Source: an uncultured virus (IMG/VR IMGVR_UViG_3300024348_000021) (taxonomy: Duplodnaviria > Heunggongvirae > Uroviricota > Caudoviricetes). Taken from it: a stretch of DNA of 20,000 nucleotides. Both the position numbers and the translations under genes were made by a program. Position 1 is the stretch's first letter. The number at the start of each line of letters is the position of its first letter. The notes under the pieces were generated by a model, which was given only the letters and a program-made list of their open reading frames with translations, did not search any database and was not told where the DNA came from. Shown here in pieces: positions 18,701-20,000 of the stretch. The DNA lies in the IMG/VR virus record IMGVR_UViG_3300024348_000021. One strand, written 5' to 3'.

Positions 18701-18812
18701 CTTTCTTAAACTCTTTCTTGTGAGCTTTCATAAACGCTTCCTCTGATGGATATTTCTTATAGAACTCCTTCTCAGATTTAACTCCAGCAATCTTTAACAT
18801 TTGGTCTTTCAT
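15711..18812 (-). CDS. Putative virion cargo/ejection protein (1033 aa) with glycine-zipper transmembrane-like segments
   Basis: Long ORF rich in Q/M/G/N and probably largely disordered. Hydrophobic Gly/Ala helices AAGAGMAALGALPAIIGGIEAIG (~18381-18313) and IGSAVGTAAGTALFGPLGGAVGGLAGTFFGNLAGG (~17955-17851). GASHDNGG...EVEGGE block (17432-17361), which I recognise from crAss-like cargo proteins. Coiled-coil C-terminal part. Confidence 0.8.
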   Translation of the reverse strand: MKDQMLKIAGVKSEKEFYKKYPSEEAFMKAHKKEFKKAAMGSKMVNDQLHQLTDFGNPPIAQYGIGMKKKPQNFNNYLQGTNQAGMNPDGSMKQVGDAFNNASMAKMSGQQMGSDMSAQFATPSADQLLGKNAINSGAKAGGFDAAGAGMAALGALPAIIGGIEAIGAQKKAKKKAEQATQLSGLALTAQQTNERPKNQYVRPEDDKVQPGQLGNPYGNKTNYLQAQNGTMIGGNPTEIQNMYNPGDMYNDLGFEPLEETYKQYRRGGDIPKAEFGEYFQDSGQAQIGSAVGTAAGTALFGPLGGAVGGLAGTFFGNLAGGAKQARELQKQKDKTAMSTSMMGFMENRSQGPLNANVKNGGWISHDWQPQTFTKFGEYSAKDLLKPPHDADMLRAGGHIAQVGYTAPSAEALYTGRPDMPQAQNGSKMALGGELQIGEGGYAETLSYNPNLPSGEIGMFRGASHDNGGIQTQYGENGVEVEGGEPFTVLEDNGSEDGNNLEGGGSKENLVVFGNIKINKEIADLMGDPKAKGKKFKTYIADVAKNDAKQLKTIQKGLDLIEEYDGNSSYDKLGMNSGMANLMGAKAQQKINADKIKEAGLVQDSIHKTANELGVKSDKLAEGKLEKETDISMMGKNGKKMKKAQEGIETLKGLDDEALLDPNYPERMEILKNYYSLNNADREMMKRGMSKPGFMGLGATDLPEAVVSSSKKPKIDYSLLEWPDLPGPFTKAEAETNTKDKKQRKPIDWKKLGDIGKVALSYAEPWLRPSNANEDLNPDQLMGEYYALANNQLEPVQAQQFQPMLDTPYDISFNDQINAIDSQSRAFLRAAGNNPAAQAAVMAQTIEAKNKLFGESNRVNQANKMGVYDKNRAIINDAKLKNLAINDQQYVRQSQAKSNTKAQTIEALKSIGDKVTKQRASNRKLAIMENMYGFRFSPSGRAINMNAPAQFDLSGAGSRRGGLSAAGLPANKRFTIDSVTGEPVGIRTLTKDEMAAGGPSMSELDGAFDNQKKGGKTPKTKARNSSIVKALKSL

Positions 18813-18832
18813 ATTATACTCTATTGTATGAT

Positions 18833-20000
18833 TTATTTATATTTATTTAACCAGCCACCATTTTTCTTTTCTTCAAAATATCTAGGTTCCATTCCTTTAG
18901 GAATATCTCTTGAATAAAACTGATTACCTACAGGATTATTTAAATATGTTTGAGGATCAAAGTTTGGATTTTGTTTTTTATATTTAGGTTCATCCCACCA
19001 ATTAATAGGACCTCTTGTAACACTTTGTGTACCAGTAGATTTATTTATAGTTCTAGGTCTTACGATATGATCATACCCACCTATATCATTTTTAACTCTA
19101 CCAATTCTTCTAAGATCTAATCCTGTTCCAATAACTTCTCTTTCTGCATTAACCATATCAGTTGGGTTTACACCTATACTTGCAGCCCAATCTTTAGATT
19201 TACCTTTAAGTAAATCAAAAGTCTTATCTGAGGGTATTCCATATTCATTTGCTAAAAACTCATTACCCATTTGTTTAGCATATCTGTTTGGTATAACTAA
19301 TCTATCTACAGCACCACTTTGATAAGATGGTAATCCCACACCAGCTGAAAATGAACTTGGACGATCTCCTAAATTCAATTTATTACCTACAAACTCTGCA
19401 CCTAATGATTGGTTTTCAGGATTAAACCTTCTTGTAAGGATAGCATTATTATTAATAGTTAATTCATTATTATTGATAGCATTATTTAAAGCATCTTTTT
19501 TAGATTGATCAATTGTTCCCCATCTTCCTGTAAATGGTTTACTATCATATTGATATTCTAATAACAAAGCTCTATCAGCATCTGATAGTTTATTTGCGTT
19601 AGCTATTCCTTTAAACATAGAATCACTTGCTTCTTGACTAATTCCTTTAGCAGGACTTTTCCAAGCAATAGGTAAAGCAGACTCACCTGTAGCTACTGTA
19701 TTATAAATTCTACCAGTTTGTTTAACAGCAGCTTTGGCACCTTTACCAACAAGCTTACCTGCTGCCAATCCACCTTCCATTATCATTGCTGCTTCTATAG
19801 CATCTTGCATATTCTCAGCTCCTTTGCTAGCAGCCATTCTATTTAATGGAGTATTGTCTTCAGCTATTCTTTGTAACTTCTGTTTATCAAACTTAGCTTG
19901 TTCTCCTGGTTTAGGAGTGTATTGAGAAATAGTAGACTTAGGTCTATTCATTCTACTTAATCTTTCTTCAGCTTCTTTCTTTAAAGAATTTGTGTTAGAA
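18833..20000 (-). CDS. 5'-truncated putative virion-associated protein with an ADP-ribosyltransferase-like (R-S-E, VIP2/Alt-type) domain
   Basis: The frame stays open upstream of the track's ATG at 19951 to the window end (SNTNSLKKEAEERLSR-M), so the true start is probably outside the window. Motifs: LSDADRALLLEYQYDS, LNNAI, ILTRR (R 19432-19430), PSSFS (SSFS 19357-19346) and AEREVI (ExE 19144-19136). It ends in KKNGGWLNKYK-TAA. Confidence 0.7.
   Translation of the reverse strand, partial: SNTNSLKKEAEERLSRMNRPKSTISQYTPKPGEQAKFDKQKLQRIAEDNTPLNRMAASKGAENMQDAIEAAMIMEGGLAAGKLVGKGAKAAVKQTGRIYNTVATGESALPIAWKSPAKGISQEASDSMFKGIANANKLSDADRALLLEYQYDSKPFTGRWGTIDQSKKDALNNAINNNELTINNNAILTRRFNPENQSLGAEFVGNKLNLGDRPSSFSAGVGLPSYQSGAVDRLVIPNRYAKQMGNEFLANEYGIPSDKTFDLLKGKSKDWAASIGVNPTDMVNAEREVIGTGLDLRRIGRVKNDIGGYDHIVRPRTINKSTGTQSVTRGPINWWDEPKYKKQNPNFDPQTYLNNPVGNQFYSRDIPKGMEPRYFEEKKNGGWLNKYK

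Noticed and set aside
13376..19925. Plus-strand ORFs opposite the 902-aa, 1033-aa and ART-like genes
   Set aside because: They are antisense to long, well-supported genes and have the composition expected of shadow frames.
19949..19951. ATG at 19951 as the true start of the last gene
   Set aside because: The frame continues open and protein-like to base 20000, so the start probably lies outside the window.
1..20000. CRISPR arrays, tRNA/rRNA genes, IS elements, long DNA tandem repeats
   Set aside because: None were seen. The window is almost entirely protein-coding, with about 107 intergenic bases.

Overview
This window is a fragment of an AT-rich bacteriophage genome, most likely Crassvirales (crAss-like) or a close relative infecting Bacteroidota. 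It covers the virion cargo / virion RNA polymerase module, and all four real genes lie on the minus strand, tightly packed. In transcription order they are: (1) a 5'-truncated gene (18833..>20000) with a probable R-S-E-type ADP-ribosyltransferase domain; (2) a 1033-aa putative cargo/ejection protein with glycine-zipper hydrophobic segments and recurring short xxG(G) motifs; (3) a 902-aa putative cargo protein preceded by a Bacteroidota-type promoter; (4) a giant ORF missing from the ORF track because it has no stop inside the window (ATG at 12914, open past base 1, at least 4304 codons). Hand translation of parts of the giant ORF shows a multidomain protein with an N-terminal membrane/ejection-like region, a probably circularly permuted SLOG-like insert, a HExxH zincin domain, a single-chain two-barrel RNA polymerase (GSDFDIDKL catalytic loop) and a second HExxH zincin domain near the C-terminus. 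The plus-strand ORFs are antisense shadows. All domain calls come from motif recognition by eye; no database search was run.
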